A DNA stretch of 57,444 nucleotides, the filler included, from Sphacelaria rigidula (Eukaryota): NCBI GenBank assembly GCA_964200075.2. It is 7 parts of 7 records of this genome, joined end to end, with 100 filler letters (N's around TTAATTAATTAA, not from the genome) between each part and the next. Parts side by side here need not be neighbours in the genome. Positions count along the whole stretch, not along the records: positions 1 to 8,122 come from CAXNAA020012219.1; positions 8,223 to 16,343 come from CAXNAA020012220.1; 5 more parts are not named here. One strand, written 5' to 3'. The notes under the pieces are model-generated. The model was given only the letters and a program-made list of their open reading frames with translations, was not told the DNA's origin and ran no database searches. Both the position numbers and the translations under genes were made by a program. Shown piece after piece: positions 1-11,054 of the stretch. Position 1 is the stretch's first letter. Each line of letters begins with the position of its first letter.

Positions 1-215
1 GCATCAGCCGGGGTCACACAGGAGGGAGGTCAACACAGGAGTTTTTTCTTTTTTGTTTGTTTTTAGTACCCCACCGTCCTTCTGCGGTGCTTGCGTTTAT
101 TTTTTATCGCGAGTGGGGTTCAGTAGTCCCTTTCCCTCGTCGACCGTTACATCGAATTTTGTGTACCCACGACACGGTAGCTCTCGACTGTTGTGTGTGT
201 TGTGAGAAAAAATCC
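1..215 (-). mobile_element. Second copy of the SINE body, cut by the contig start
   Basis: The reverse complement aligns with 7588-7790, sharing ctcgcgataaaaa, gcaagcaccgcagaaggacggtgg-gtact and cctcctgtgtga-ccc-gctg-tgc. Confidence 0.8.
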
Positions 216-404
216 TAATGTGCATGTTCAATTCCCCCGACACAGGAGTCCCCACCAGACAGCTCAACTGTCTTGTAGTACGTGATGTAATAGATAAACG
301 CGAAAGTGTTTTGTGTTGGATCATGTTACGATGTTTGGATCGTTCCGTACGTTCTCCGGCCAGCGCACCAAGTTTTAGCAGTCGTGAACCCTGCTTTTTT
401 TTTT

Positions 405-486
405 GGAGGGGGGGGCGTACTCATTTGTTGCTTGCCTTAGTCGTTTGACCATTGACCACGCATACCTTTCGAGATGGAGCACCGTT
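405..486 (-). mobile_element. 5'-truncated LINE-like 3' end (poly-C-tailed family), copy 1
   Basis: G-run followed by cgtactcatttgttgcttgccttagtcgtttgaccattgaccacgcat...ggagcaccgtt. Both flanks read tgctttt...ggggggg, a possible degenerate TSD. Confidence 0.75.
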
Positions 487-736
487 GCTTTTATCAGGGG
501 GGGGGTTGCTGTTGTGAAAATTCCCCTCCACCACCCACCCCTCCGGACAACTTCATGGATTCACGGCACAGATACATGATCCACCAAAAGTCCACGAGAA
601 GATGACAGGGCATCATTCCTCTTACTGTTGTGTCAGGTACGTCGATATCTTGAGTGTTGTTCTGTCCATGATTCTACCCACCCACCCGCTCACATTCTCG
701 GAACATCGACTATTCTCGTTTTTTCAGCACGCTACC

Positions 737-1015
737 ATGATGACGGAGCTGGAAAACAGCTTCATCGAGGACAACGACAACGACAGCAGCAAGAACGAGG
801 ACGTGCTTGTCGTGGGCACCTCCACGTCCGGCCGTCGCCAGAAACGCCGTAGACGCGACGAAGCCGTAGAAGACGGCATGGTGTTGGATCTACAAGAAGA
901 GGGAAGTGTTACTCGACCCGTCGAAATCGGGGATGATGGCGATGACAACAACAACGAAAAGCGATGGAGCCATGAGGTGTCGGTGGAAATGCTCTCTCCC
1001 GGAGACCAGGTGTGC

Positions 1016-1055
<40 letters not shown>

Positions 1056-3660
1056 AAATGTAATACACCATGTGTACCAGCAATAATTTTTCCGACATGA
1101 GATAGTTTGCGGAGTAGTGGTGGTTCGCTCATGCTGTTCCCCGTTCTCCCTCTCCTTTGATGTTCTTCGCGATTGTTGATCGCATGCATCAGGGGAGGGA
1201 GAGGAAGGGACAGGGGAAGGAAGGGGAGGGGCAACGTAAACAACGTTAGTGTCCTTGCAGGGGATTCTTCTATTGATGAATTGATAGTTTACCTGTAACT
1301 TGGGGCGTGCTAGTGTGCAGAGCATCGTAGATCTCGTGATTAGTATGTTACCCCGTGCGCGGCTATTTTTCCAAGAATAGTGGGAATTATATCCTATTTC
1401 CTGAAAAAGACAGTACCATCGACGTAATCCTCGTCGCGAGTGCGTTCTATGTATCGCTACGTTCGACCCGCCGCCAGCACGTCCTAACTTACCGCAATCG
1501 TCGCTCTCTTGTTCTGTGCTCGATATAGTTACCGGGGAGAGTTGGCCCAGACAAAAGGTTACGCGCTCTGGGTGTAAGATCTCTCCTACTGTGTTTGCTG
1601 TTTGTTCCCTTTCCACATGTCCTAACCAGTCTGATTGATTGATCGATTGATTAATTGATTGTCGCACATTGACTGGTCCCCTGGGAGTTATGATCCAGCC
1701 GTGATCACATGACGGACGTACCCGAGACGAACCAAAACTACCGTTGGCACTGCTTGTTTCCTCTCCACGCGAATACAGGCATTCACAGCTTTTACACGTG
1801 TTTAGCTCTTCCACCAAATTTCCCCGTTTGTATGCAAGAATCCAAAAATAGTCGTGCAGTCTTGCTTCCTCGTTCGCATGCAAGTACCGTCTAGAGCTCA
1901 CATCCTTGCTGTTTCACCTCGTCTTTTTTCTATTCGCGCTGTTCGTGGCCACCCCGACCCCTCTCTGCCGCGTCTACTGTGGGGGGTTCTCTCATCGTGG
2001 ACGACTATCGTGCAGGTCTACGTATACCGAGGCGCCATTCAGCACCACGGGATCGTGACTCACGTGCCTAGGGCAGACGCTCTGAGCCAGCTCGAACCGC
2101 ACGAACGGCCTTCCGCTGTTCACGTCGTGCACTTCGACTCGGCTTGCGATGGGGTGGAAACGACGACTCTCGAACTCTTTTTGAAGGTGCGCGAGAAACA
2201 CATCATCGACGGCAAGGATTAATTTCTGCCTGGGTGAACAAAATAGCCCCTTGGCGAACAAGTTTTCTTTTCGGTCCAAGAATGGTAGCTCTTGTTTGGA
2301 TATGCGTTGATAAAACAGCTTTGAGCAGTGCTTGATACACCAAACAAGAGCATTGCCCCCCGACACTTTGCGCACAAATGTTAAACTTGTGAAAGATGGT
2401 CGAAGCGTCCATGACGGTGGTCCAGCCGCGAGTGCGACAGAGGAGTTAGCGTAGGAAAAGGTGGAAGAAGAAGTTGAATGCGCTGTATAGTGTCTTCACG
2501 TCGGATCTCCATTGCCTTCTGAATAAGTGTACGTACCCCCCCTTCACATGCACCGCAGAAGTATCGTCAACGATGTTAGAACCCGCCGTGTTTTAGTTAT
2601 GTTTCGCTGGAGTCATGTGCCCGATACACTCCTTTGAACACAACTGCACAACGCCACAATCGCCACGCGGATTCTTCTCTCGCAAAGTATGTCTTACCGT
2701 GGTGCAGTGACAGACGTTCCATCGTTCCCCACGTCCTGTTTCGATTACGAAATTGTTTTTTATTCAAGACTCCATGTTCGCACCCCTCCTCCCTCACTCC
2801 CTCCGCGACTACCACGACCAAACCGCTCGTTCGGCATCAACATCTTCACCTTCATGCAAACCCAGGGTAACACTTTGCGTCGGGCACGATACTCTGCTGG
2901 TCAGTGGGCCTCTAGCCTTGAATACGGCGCGAGCTATGTAGTGCCGGCGGATGACCCGACTCTTGTGGTCACTCGTGCGAAGGAGGCGGCCAAGTTTGGC
3001 GACGGTGTCAGCGGCTGGAGCGGGTACTCTCTGCTCACCAACAACTGCGAAACGTTCGCGTGTTGGTGCTCCACGGGAAGGTGCGTACGTATTTGGTGTC
3101 CCGTAGACGTACTCCTTGCGTGTTCCCCGTCCCGGTGCACAGCCACATTGAGTTTTACCCCATATCAGGGATGTGGCTCAGCATGTGCCGAAGGTGCCGG
3201 TGCTCTGATCATCCAGATGCAATCGACAACAGTTCCTGTTGGTTGAGAACATATACCCCCCCCTTCCCCCTGGAAAGCTACCGTTTCTCGGCAATTGCAT
3301 CACGCAGTTCTTTGCACATTATTGCATGACGTTGCCCCGGAGCCCAGTGTTCGTTCGGGACCGCTCCTGTCGGCTCATTCCCCGCCATGTATCGATCCAA
3401 AATACCCGAAGTCATTGCGTTGAAAACAAAGTGCCACCGCTCAGCTAGTGTCTGAAGATGATCAAGATTTCCCCCTGACCTTCCTACAACCATCTATCGT
3501 TTATCTCCGCTTCTGCGACGGTGTCCGACAACCCGCTAAGTGCTCCATCCAAGTTCCACAAGGTATCCGATTCGTTTTTGTAAAGTTTCACATATCAAGC
3601 TCCTACTTCATGACCTGTGACTTCATTCACCGCTTTCGAGTTTACACGCGCTCATCGACA

Positions 3661-3692
<32 letters not shown>

Positions 3693-4041
3693 ATGTCCTG
3701 CCACCCGCACCCACATTCACATCAGGCGCACTACACTGTCGCGCCAGGCAAGCCGAGGACTCGTCGGGGCTGGGGTTGTCGCCGCTAGCGTGTCCGCTTG
3801 TGCGGCGGCAGGTGCGGCAGCGGGCAGCTTTGCCGGCGCGGCCGGAGCTGCAACGGCCATGGTTCCGCGAGGCGTTCGTGGAGTGCAAAGAACGGTCCAG
3901 GTTTTGGAGTGGACCGCCGGGGCGGCGGCGTTGGCTTTCACCCTCGCGGACTTTGCTAGCATGGTGGTCACTCGATCGCCTGTGGAGAGGAACCGCATTC
4001 GGAATTCGAGCCGTAGCATCGTTCCTGTAACCGTCGATTGA
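737..4041 (+). CDS. LRAT/NC-domain (PLAAT/HRASLS-like, permuted NlpC/P60) protein, about 324 aa; join(737..1009,2016..2186,2866..3080,3726..4041)
   Basis: Four exons with GT-AG introns and consistent phases (0,0,2). Motifs in LRAT order: PGDQVYVYRGAIQHHGI, VVHF, YSLLTNNCETFACWCSTG, SRQ, then an Ala/Gly/Val-rich hydrophobic C-terminus. Confidence 0.85.
1017..1054. repeat. (GT)n microsatellite at the start of LRAT intron 1
   Basis: Visible directly in the sequence. Confidence 0.95.
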
Positions 4042-5577
4042 TCAATTTTCATGTCAGATATGGAATTCTTCTATTTGTTTCCTGAATTCAAGAGGTGCCG
4101 CGTGCCGCTGGAGTAGGGCGGATCAAAAATGATATGGAATGGAAAGATTAGAAGTGTGGTCATGGATGTGTTGTGGAGTTTTCGTGCTTCGGCGTTGTAA
4201 AAATATTTGCGTTCTTCGAGCACGAACGTGGGATGTGCGTTCTGGAAACGCATTGTACAGAATGTGATGTAGTGTAAGGTATGGTTTCAATGGCTGCGTT
4301 TTTGCGAAGGCGACAAGGGAGAATATTATACTGCTGTGCTTGAGCCTCGAAGCTGAGTGTTCAAGCCCCGCGAATCCTCTGGCAGCGTGATTATCTCCTA
4401 TTTCTTGGCGAATAGTGTTTGGTTTGCGCTGGGGAATGGATTGTGTAACTTGTGCACGTGCCTCAAGCATATCTTGTATCTTTGGGCGGAAAATAGCTCT
4501 CTTGCTCACCAGTAGGCCGGGAAGTGGTGATAAAAACAACCGCGGTGGCCCGTCTCGACTGCTTTGCTTACCCACGTTTTTTTTTTTTCTGTGGGTGAGC
4601 CGAGTACGCCTTGTGGACGTGTATGGTTTTTCTCACGGCAAGAAGGTCGGGATCCGAAGTCTACCATTGATCCAGAGTTCAAAGTAGTTGGGTTCTACGT
4701 ACATGTGTGCTGTAGCTGTGGTTCGTCTCCGGAGCAGCTCCGGTTGGGTGCAATCTACTTTGTTTCTCGCTATTTGCACACGCCGTTAACTGAAGGAACA
4801 TCGTCGGCAGAGCTAAGTTTCGTAGCACCCGCAAGGCGGTTGTTTTGCGCCTTGTTGGCTCGAGGGTTGCACCGTACGGGGCTACCGATTGCGAGGTTGA
4901 GCAAGTGTATCACAATGTTTTTTTTGTGAATACTGCGTTGACGTGTGATGAAACGTGGTCTTTCATTGAAAATAGAAGGAAGCCGTGTGTACAACACATG
5001 CGTGAACGAGAACCTGCGATGTAAATGCCACCCCTCTTTTCTCGCGAGCTTCCCCGGCAGCACAAGTTTCTTCATACAACCTCTTCATCGTACGTCCTCG
5101 GGGCGCGGGGAGCGTGAAGGGTGACGCATTATTTTCATTCGTACGATCTGTTAGTACTGGGCAAAGCTGTAACTTGACAATGGCCAGACAGTGACACGTG
5201 AGTGTAGACATGGGGTGCTTGATTCGTGCTGTACAGCAGTTGTACTGTTGTAATGTGCGAACCCCAGGCTGGGAACGTATAAATGCTACACGAATCACAT
5301 ATGGCAAACTATGCAGTATAACCATGACCAAAAACACTGTACCGTGTACACACGATGCGGGCGCTGCGGCGCGATTGTACGGGGACGTATTACCGAAAGT
5401 CTGTTCCGGGAGTGTTTCACGTAATAGACTCCGTGTGTAATATTCTGGACGTGTTCTCGTGTCTTGAAATCATACTTTGCTGCTTGTCAGAAGGGGTAGT
5501 TACACCCCTGTGAGTTCACAGTAAGCCATGAAATATCCAAGGGAAGCCTGTCCACAAATACTGTAATAAAAACGGAA

Positions 5578-6072
5578 TCTCTGAGAACTGCCCTTTTTGA
5601 GCCTTTGATCATGGATTTTTGGCGGAATACGGGCGGGCCTTGCTTGGCCGATTGGTTCTCTTCGGAAATATTTGCTGTGTTTTTCACAAGGGTTCTAGCG
5701 CGNNNNNNNNNNTTTTCCGATCTTTCGTACGCCCATAGTAGTTTAACTTTTGGCCGGATTCTGAATTTTTTCAGTCGCCCCAAAAACCTTCGAGCTGTCG
5801 GCGAAATTATTTCTGGATTTTTGCAGTCGGCCCCAAAACCTTCGAGTTGTTGCGGGAAAGTACGTATTTTCTTGACAAGGGGACGATTTTGGGGTCCACT
5901 GAAAAAGTGAGAGTTCGACCGTAAGTAAAAGTGGGCGTGCGAAAAATCGAAAAAGTGCGCTAGAATTCTCGTTAAGAACATAGCAAATATTTCCGAGAAG
6001 GCCCAATCCGCCAAGGCCCGTAGTCCGCCAGCAATCCGTGATGAAAGACTCATAAAGGGCAGATCTCAGAGA
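5578..6072. mobile_element. Foldback/MITE-like element with about 200-bp imperfect terminal inverted repeats
   Basis: Left arm tctctgagaactgccctttttgagcc...ggaaatatttgctgtg...ttctagcgc matches the reverse complement of the right arm ending ...ctcataaagggcagatctcagaga. No clear TSD; there is a 10-N gap inside. Confidence 0.75.
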
Positions 6073-6128
6073 GTCAGACTACTGTTGTTGTAGTACAAGA
6101 AGTGCGGCCTCATGCAGTGGGAAAAGAT

Positions 6129-6257
6129 CACGGTTAGGACAAATCATCACGACTCAAAATCACCAAATTCACGATTTCTTCTGCCTGATTGCCCNNNNNN
6201 NNNNATTATGCTAAAGCCAAGTAATTTCCGGACGAATCATTATTTGTCCTAACCGTG
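6129..6257. mobile_element. hAT-type non-autonomous element (MITE)
   Basis: Perfect 16-bp TIR (cacggttaggacaaat / atttgtcctaaccgtg) and an exact 8-bp TSD gaaaagat at 6121-6128 and 6258-6265. An internal 10-N gap leaves the true length unknown. Confidence 0.9.
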
Positions 6258-7515
6258 GAAAAGATACCACTGAGTTGTACCGCAAAACATAGACAGCGTG
6301 GAAGTAGGTACCGCTGGGTTATACCATATCACTCAGCCAATAAAAATACTGTAGGTACCACTTAGATATAACGAATAATTCAGCCCTGAGGTATACGATA
6401 ATGAGTCAAATTGAGGTAAGGTGAGCTGACTTGTCGAGGACGCGTGAAGATATTACTACTTTGTTTATCACAACGGGTCTGAACGTTAAAATCAAGATCA
6501 AATACCACAACGAAAAAGACGACAAATGCCCACGACTCGTGATGTTGGAGCAGTGACTGTGTGTGGGTTGCGTCGAGCTGTGAAGCGGGGTGTGGAAGGC
6601 AGAGGGACTCAGGTGTGCCTGTATTGATTGTTCATTGCTCTACCGTTTTTTTTCGTGTCGAAAATCTCAGATAGCTATTGTGTGTCCTCCTTGTGATGAT
6701 GACTCTGCCACTGCGGGCTCGATATTTTCCGGTCATGGTTGCTGATGCAGATCAAGCTCCATGAATTGGAGGTGCCTTATGTGCACCTCGCCCTGTCTCT
6801 GGCGGCTACCAACAGTCTGTGTATACTACTCTGACGAGACCGAGGGGACGACAGAAAAGAAGAAATAAGACTTCACAAAAGTGCAGAGGCAGAGCAGTTG
6901 CTGGATTCAGTCCTCCATTACCTTATGGTTCTGCTGGACACAGCAGATGTACAATACGTTCTGTATGTACAAGTTTTAAGTATACAACTTCGACAAACTC
7001 CAGTGCAGTACTTCTGACAAGCTTGTTGCACAAAGTGTTCGGTTAGCGAGTGTTTGCCTCTCCAGGATCAGCCCCCTGACAGCCTTAGTTGAATTGAAAG
7101 GGTAACCCCCTTCGTTTTCAGTGACTTTTCGTGCAATACTCGAGCGATGGGTTTCTACTACGCGCAACAGTCGTGATACTCGAGTGGTGTTGGCGTTGCT
7201 TTCAGAAGCAGAATGCAAATGGCTGAAGTGACTACTAAAACTTGTTCCCCGTAACTGTCACTTACGACTTAGAAATCCGTCGAGGACGTGAGACAGGATA
7301 TCACAGTGCCGTGCCATATTCCGAGGGTAATCGATCCAACCTATCGGTCATGCCTCATCGAAAGATATTTCTGAGAAACTTGGGGGCACAAGCGATCCCA
7401 TCACCATTCTGGAGCATGCACGAGTATATGGAGTCCTTGCAGTATCTGAAGTTCTCGAGTTCGCTTGGATACCTGTTGGTGTTGAACGATTCCCGCGGGT
7501 AGTTGCAAGCCGTTC

Positions 7516-7855
7516 GCCTCGGTGGCTCAGTTGGTAACCTCGAAACCTTCTGACGGTTGGGTCGTTAGTTCGATTCGCGGAGAAATTTCTCACACAATAC
7601 CCAACAGTGGAGAGCGACCACGTCGTGAGTATACAACACTCGACGTAATGGTCGGCGAGGGAACGGGACAGTTGAATCCCTCTCGCGATAAAAAGTAACA
7701 AGGCAAGCACCGCAGAAGGACGGTGGAGTACTAGAAATAAAAAATAAAAATCCTTTGTTGACCATCCTCCTGTGTGATCCCAGCTGGTGCGCCCACATAC
7801 ACCGAGAGGTGTAGACCGGCGTCCAGAATAGATGGGATGACAACTCACACACACA
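7516..7855 (+). mobile_element. tRNA-derived SINE with (CA)n tail
   Basis: The head carries a Pol III A box (TGGCTCAGTTGG) and B box (GTTCGATTC) without a full cloverleaf. The body recurs at 1-215 on the minus strand, and the element ends in ctcacacacaca. Confidence 0.7.
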
Positions 7856-8122
7856 GTCGGGGCACTATTTTATTACTGTCACTTCCTTCAATTGATGGAA
7901 TATCCACCCCTGACTCGCGTTGTGACACACATCCCACCTGACGGCAAGAACCGCGTGTTGTTGTAGACAAAAAGAAGCATTCAGTGGCTCGCGCGTCGTT
8001 GAACAGGCAACAAGCCCTACTCTTCGAGTATGTAGGGTCCTCCTTGTTTTCGGGGGGGAGGGGGGGGGGGGGATGTGCGTAGAGCAAAAGAGGACAGGTG
8101 ACGTCTGTTCCATATATTAAGA

Positions 8123-8222
8123 NNNNNNNNNNNNNNNNNNNNNNNNNNNNNNNNNNNNNNNNNNNNTTAATTAATTAANNNNNNNNNNNNNNNNNNNNNN
8201 NNNNNNNNNNNNNNNNNNNNNN
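8123..8222. other. Artificial contig linker (44N-TTAATTAATTAA-44N)
   Basis: Six-frame stop linker, repeated identically six times in the window. Confidence 0.98.
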
Positions 8223-9191
8223 CTCCAATAATACAAAAGACAAAACTATCTATCCTTCGCCACGGGCCACGGAATATAGCCAACCGATGCCCACAGCTCA
8301 CGACAGAATAAACAAGTCCAATGGCACACATGAGAGAAATCCCCCACCTACTCAAACACATGAAAGTCCACCCTTCGGCGGAATATCCAGTCTCGAACAT
8401 TCATGATATTCGTGTGAACGGTGTTCCTAAGGTAGACCACGTGCCGGACTTCCCGGCTTATGTCAAGTTAGCGCCGATCTTCCGCTTGTCTGATGCCGCA
8501 AGCGCAGCGACAATACCATCTCTTTCGTTTCATGTACAGGAGCGACAAGCTCAGCCTTCACAGCAACTGGCAACTTGCTTGTTGTACGAGTGGAGTTGCA
8601 TAAACCAGTAGGTCCAGTGAAGTAGAATGCTTTCCGCGCAATTGACGCGCAACCAATCTCAAAGTGACCATCTTTCGCATATACTCCTAACGAGTGCCCC
8701 TAACGCAATCCTCAAGTATCAGGGAAATTCGTAATACCTTGGCGGGAAAAGCACGTAGTGACGACTACAATCTACACGCTTTGGATGAGCGAAACACCTT
8801 CGGAAGACGAACAAATTCAGTACAAGCGGCAAAAATTCTCAGTCATGGCCACCGTACTTGACAGATAAATCTGCACTGTACGCTGGCATGGATGGGTATC
8901 CTCCAGGAGTAAACAGCGGACCTAGCCTATTCTCTATTCCACACCAGTCACGTTCCCGTGCACGGTGACGACGCCACCGCCAAAAATCAACTGATGAGCA
9001 GCAGATGGAATCGGCGACACCCAAGTGCTACTCGGCCAAGAACGGGTTCCCACACGGCAACAACAACATCCTCCAGTGACCACCAGCATAGTGCTTACAC
9101 ATTGTCACCATTCTATGAAGAATGTCGACCACCACCTCCACCATAAGTAGCAGCACCTACTTGGGTCGCCATCCAAGCCAGGTAAAGAATG

Positions 9192-11054
9192 CTATGAAAC
9201 GGTCACCTCTGACTTCATGTTCGTCCCACCCTCCGACACCATTATACCTACGGTTGTTGTGCTACGGGCGACTTGCGCCGGGACCAGTCCACCCGTGGTA
9301 CTCGCTAGTTCGGATGTTCTTGTGCTGCCGTTCAAAGGCACAGCTTGTTCAGACTGGAGCTCTTCACCAGTGGGTGACCATCTTGGATATCCTCCATGAT
9401 CGTTCCACTCTTGCGGAGCTACCTCTAGCTTCATTTTTTTCGAGCGACTTGCCGGTGTCTCAAAACGAGCTGCTGACCGGACGTTTTTTTCACAGCGGAC
9501 GTGAATCATCACGTCCACGGTGTGCTGTGAGCATAACCTCGCCTCTTTGCTTCCCGCCGATCCAAACGACGGTTGCTTGGAGCAGCCGTCGCGAGAGCAT
9601 GTCTCATCCTTGACGTTCATCATCCCGTTCTCGGCATGCTGTGAGCAGCCGTCACTGGAGCACGTTTCATCCCTCACATTGACCATCCCGTCCTCGGCGT
9701 GCTGTGAGCAGAACTTCGCCGTCCTGCTTTCCGCCAACCCAAACGACGCCCGCTTGGAGCAGCCGTCGCGGGAGCACATCTTCTCATTCACCATTCCGTC
9801 CTTGGCGTGCTGTGAGCAAAACACCCGCCTTCTGCTCCCCACCGACCCAAATGACGCCCGCTTGGAGCAACCCTCGCTGAGGCACGTCTTCTTCTTTACA
9901 TCCACCATCCCGTCTCCAGCGTGTTGTGAGCAGAACTCCGGCTTCTTGCTTCCCGCCAACCCGAACGACGGCCGCTTCGAGCAGCCGTCGCCAGCGCACG
10001 TCTTATTCATGACATTCACCATCCCGTCTTCGGCGTGCCGTGAGCAGAACTCCGCCTTCCCTCCCACCAACCCAAACAATGGCTGCCTGGAGCAGCCCTG
10101 GCTGCGGCAAGTCTTGCTAATTACGTTCACCATCCCATCCCTGGCGTGCAGTAAGCAGAACTCCGCCTTTCTGCTCCCCGCCAACCCAAATGACGGTCGC
10201 TTGGGGCAGCCCTGCCTGCAGCAAGTCTTGCTGACTACGTTCACCATCCCATCCCCGGCGTGCTGTAAGCAGAACTCCGCATTCCTGCTGCCCGCCAACC
10301 CAAATGACGCTTGCTTGGGGCAGCCGTCGCCGGAGCACGTCTTATTAACGACATTCACCATCCTGTCTTCGGCGTGCCGTGAGCAGAACTCCGGCTTCCT
10401 TCCCACCAACCCAAAAGACGCCCGCTCGGAGCAGCCCTCCGTGGAGCATATCTTCTTCTTGACATTTACCATCCCGTCTTCGGCGTGTCGTGAGCAGAAC
10501 TCCGCCTTCCTGCTCCCTGCCCACCCAAACGACGCGTGCATGGAGCAGCCCTGCCTGCAGCAAGTTTTGCTACCTAGGTTCACCATCTCATCCCCGGCGT
10601 GCTGTGCGCAGAACTCTGCCTTCCTGCTGCCCGCTAACCCAAATGATGCCTGCTTGGAGCAGCCGTCGCCAGAGCACATGTTTCTCGCGACATCAACCAT
10701 TCCATCCCCGGCGTGCTGTGAGCAAAACTCCGACTTCCTGCTTCCCACCAACCCAAAAGATACCCGCTCGGAGCAGCCCCCCGTGGAGCATATCTTCTCG
10801 CTTACATCCACCATCCCATTCTCGGCGTGTTGTGAGCAAAACTCTGGCTTCTTTCTTTCCGCCCACCCAAACGACGCGTGCACGAAGCAGCCTTGCCTAC
10901 GGCATGTGTTGCTACCTACGTTCACCATCTCATCCCCAGCGTGCTGAGAGCAGAGCTCTCCCTTTCTGATCCCCGCAGACCCGAATGACGCCTGCTTGGA
11001 GGAGTAGCCGTCGCGGGAGCACGTCTCATCCTTCACATTCACCATCCCGTCATC
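9192..11054 (-). CDS. EsV-1-7 cysteine-rich repeat protein (14 repeats of about 38 aa); large terminal exon, possibly with an upstream exon
   Basis: 617-aa ORF of C-x4-C-x4-SFG-x(7-8)-FC-x2-H-x3-GMV(N/D)V repeats, the EsV-1-7 motif also found in Ectocarpus IMMEDIATE UPRIGHT. A cag acceptor precedes in-frame DDGMVNV at 11054. Confidence 0.9.
   Translation of the reverse strand, partial: DDGMVNVKDETCSRDGYSSKQASFGSAGIRKGELCSQHAGDEMVNVGSNTCRRQGCFVHASFGWAERKKPEFCSQHAENGMVDVSEKICSTGGCSERVSFGLVGSRKSEFCSQHAGDGMVDVARNMCSGDGCSKQASFGLAGSRKAEFCAQHAGDEMVNLGSKTCCRQGCSMHASFGWAGSRKAEFCSRHAEDGMVNVKKKICSTEGCSERASFGLVGRKPEFCSRHAEDRMVNVVNKTCSGDGCPKQASFGLAGSRNAEFCLQHAGDGMVNVVSKTCCRQGCPKRPSFGLAGSRKAEFCLLHARDGMVNVISKTCRSQGCSRQPLFGLVGGKAEFCSRHAEDGMVNVMNKTCAGDGCSKRPSFGLAGSKKPEFCSQHAGDGMVDVKKKTCLSEGCSKRASFGSVGSRRRVFCSQHAKDGMVNEKMCSRDGCSKRASFGLAESRTAKFCSQHAEDGMVNVRDETCSSDGCSQHAENGMMNVKDETCSRDGCSKQPSFGSAGSKEARLCSQHTVDVMIHVRCEKNVRSAARFETPASRSKKMKLEVAPQEWNDHGGYPRWSPTGEELQSEQAVPLNGSTRTSELASTTGGLVPAQVARSTTTVGIMVSEGGTNMKSEVTVS

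Noticed and set aside
909-1901. 330-aa minus-strand ORF
   Set aside because: Lies mostly antisense within LRAT intron 1, runs through microsatellites and has no recognisable motif.
8167-8178. Regularly spaced TTAATTAATTAA motif every 8.2 kb
   Set aside because: Assembly linker inside N runs, not biological.
9520-10947. 475-aa plus-strand ORF
   Set aside because: Antisense shadow of the repetitive EsV-1-7 coding sequence.
9192-11054. Integrated phaeovirus suggested by the EsV-1-7 gene
   Set aside because: No viral core genes were recognised, and EsV-1-7 genes form a large host family in brown algae.
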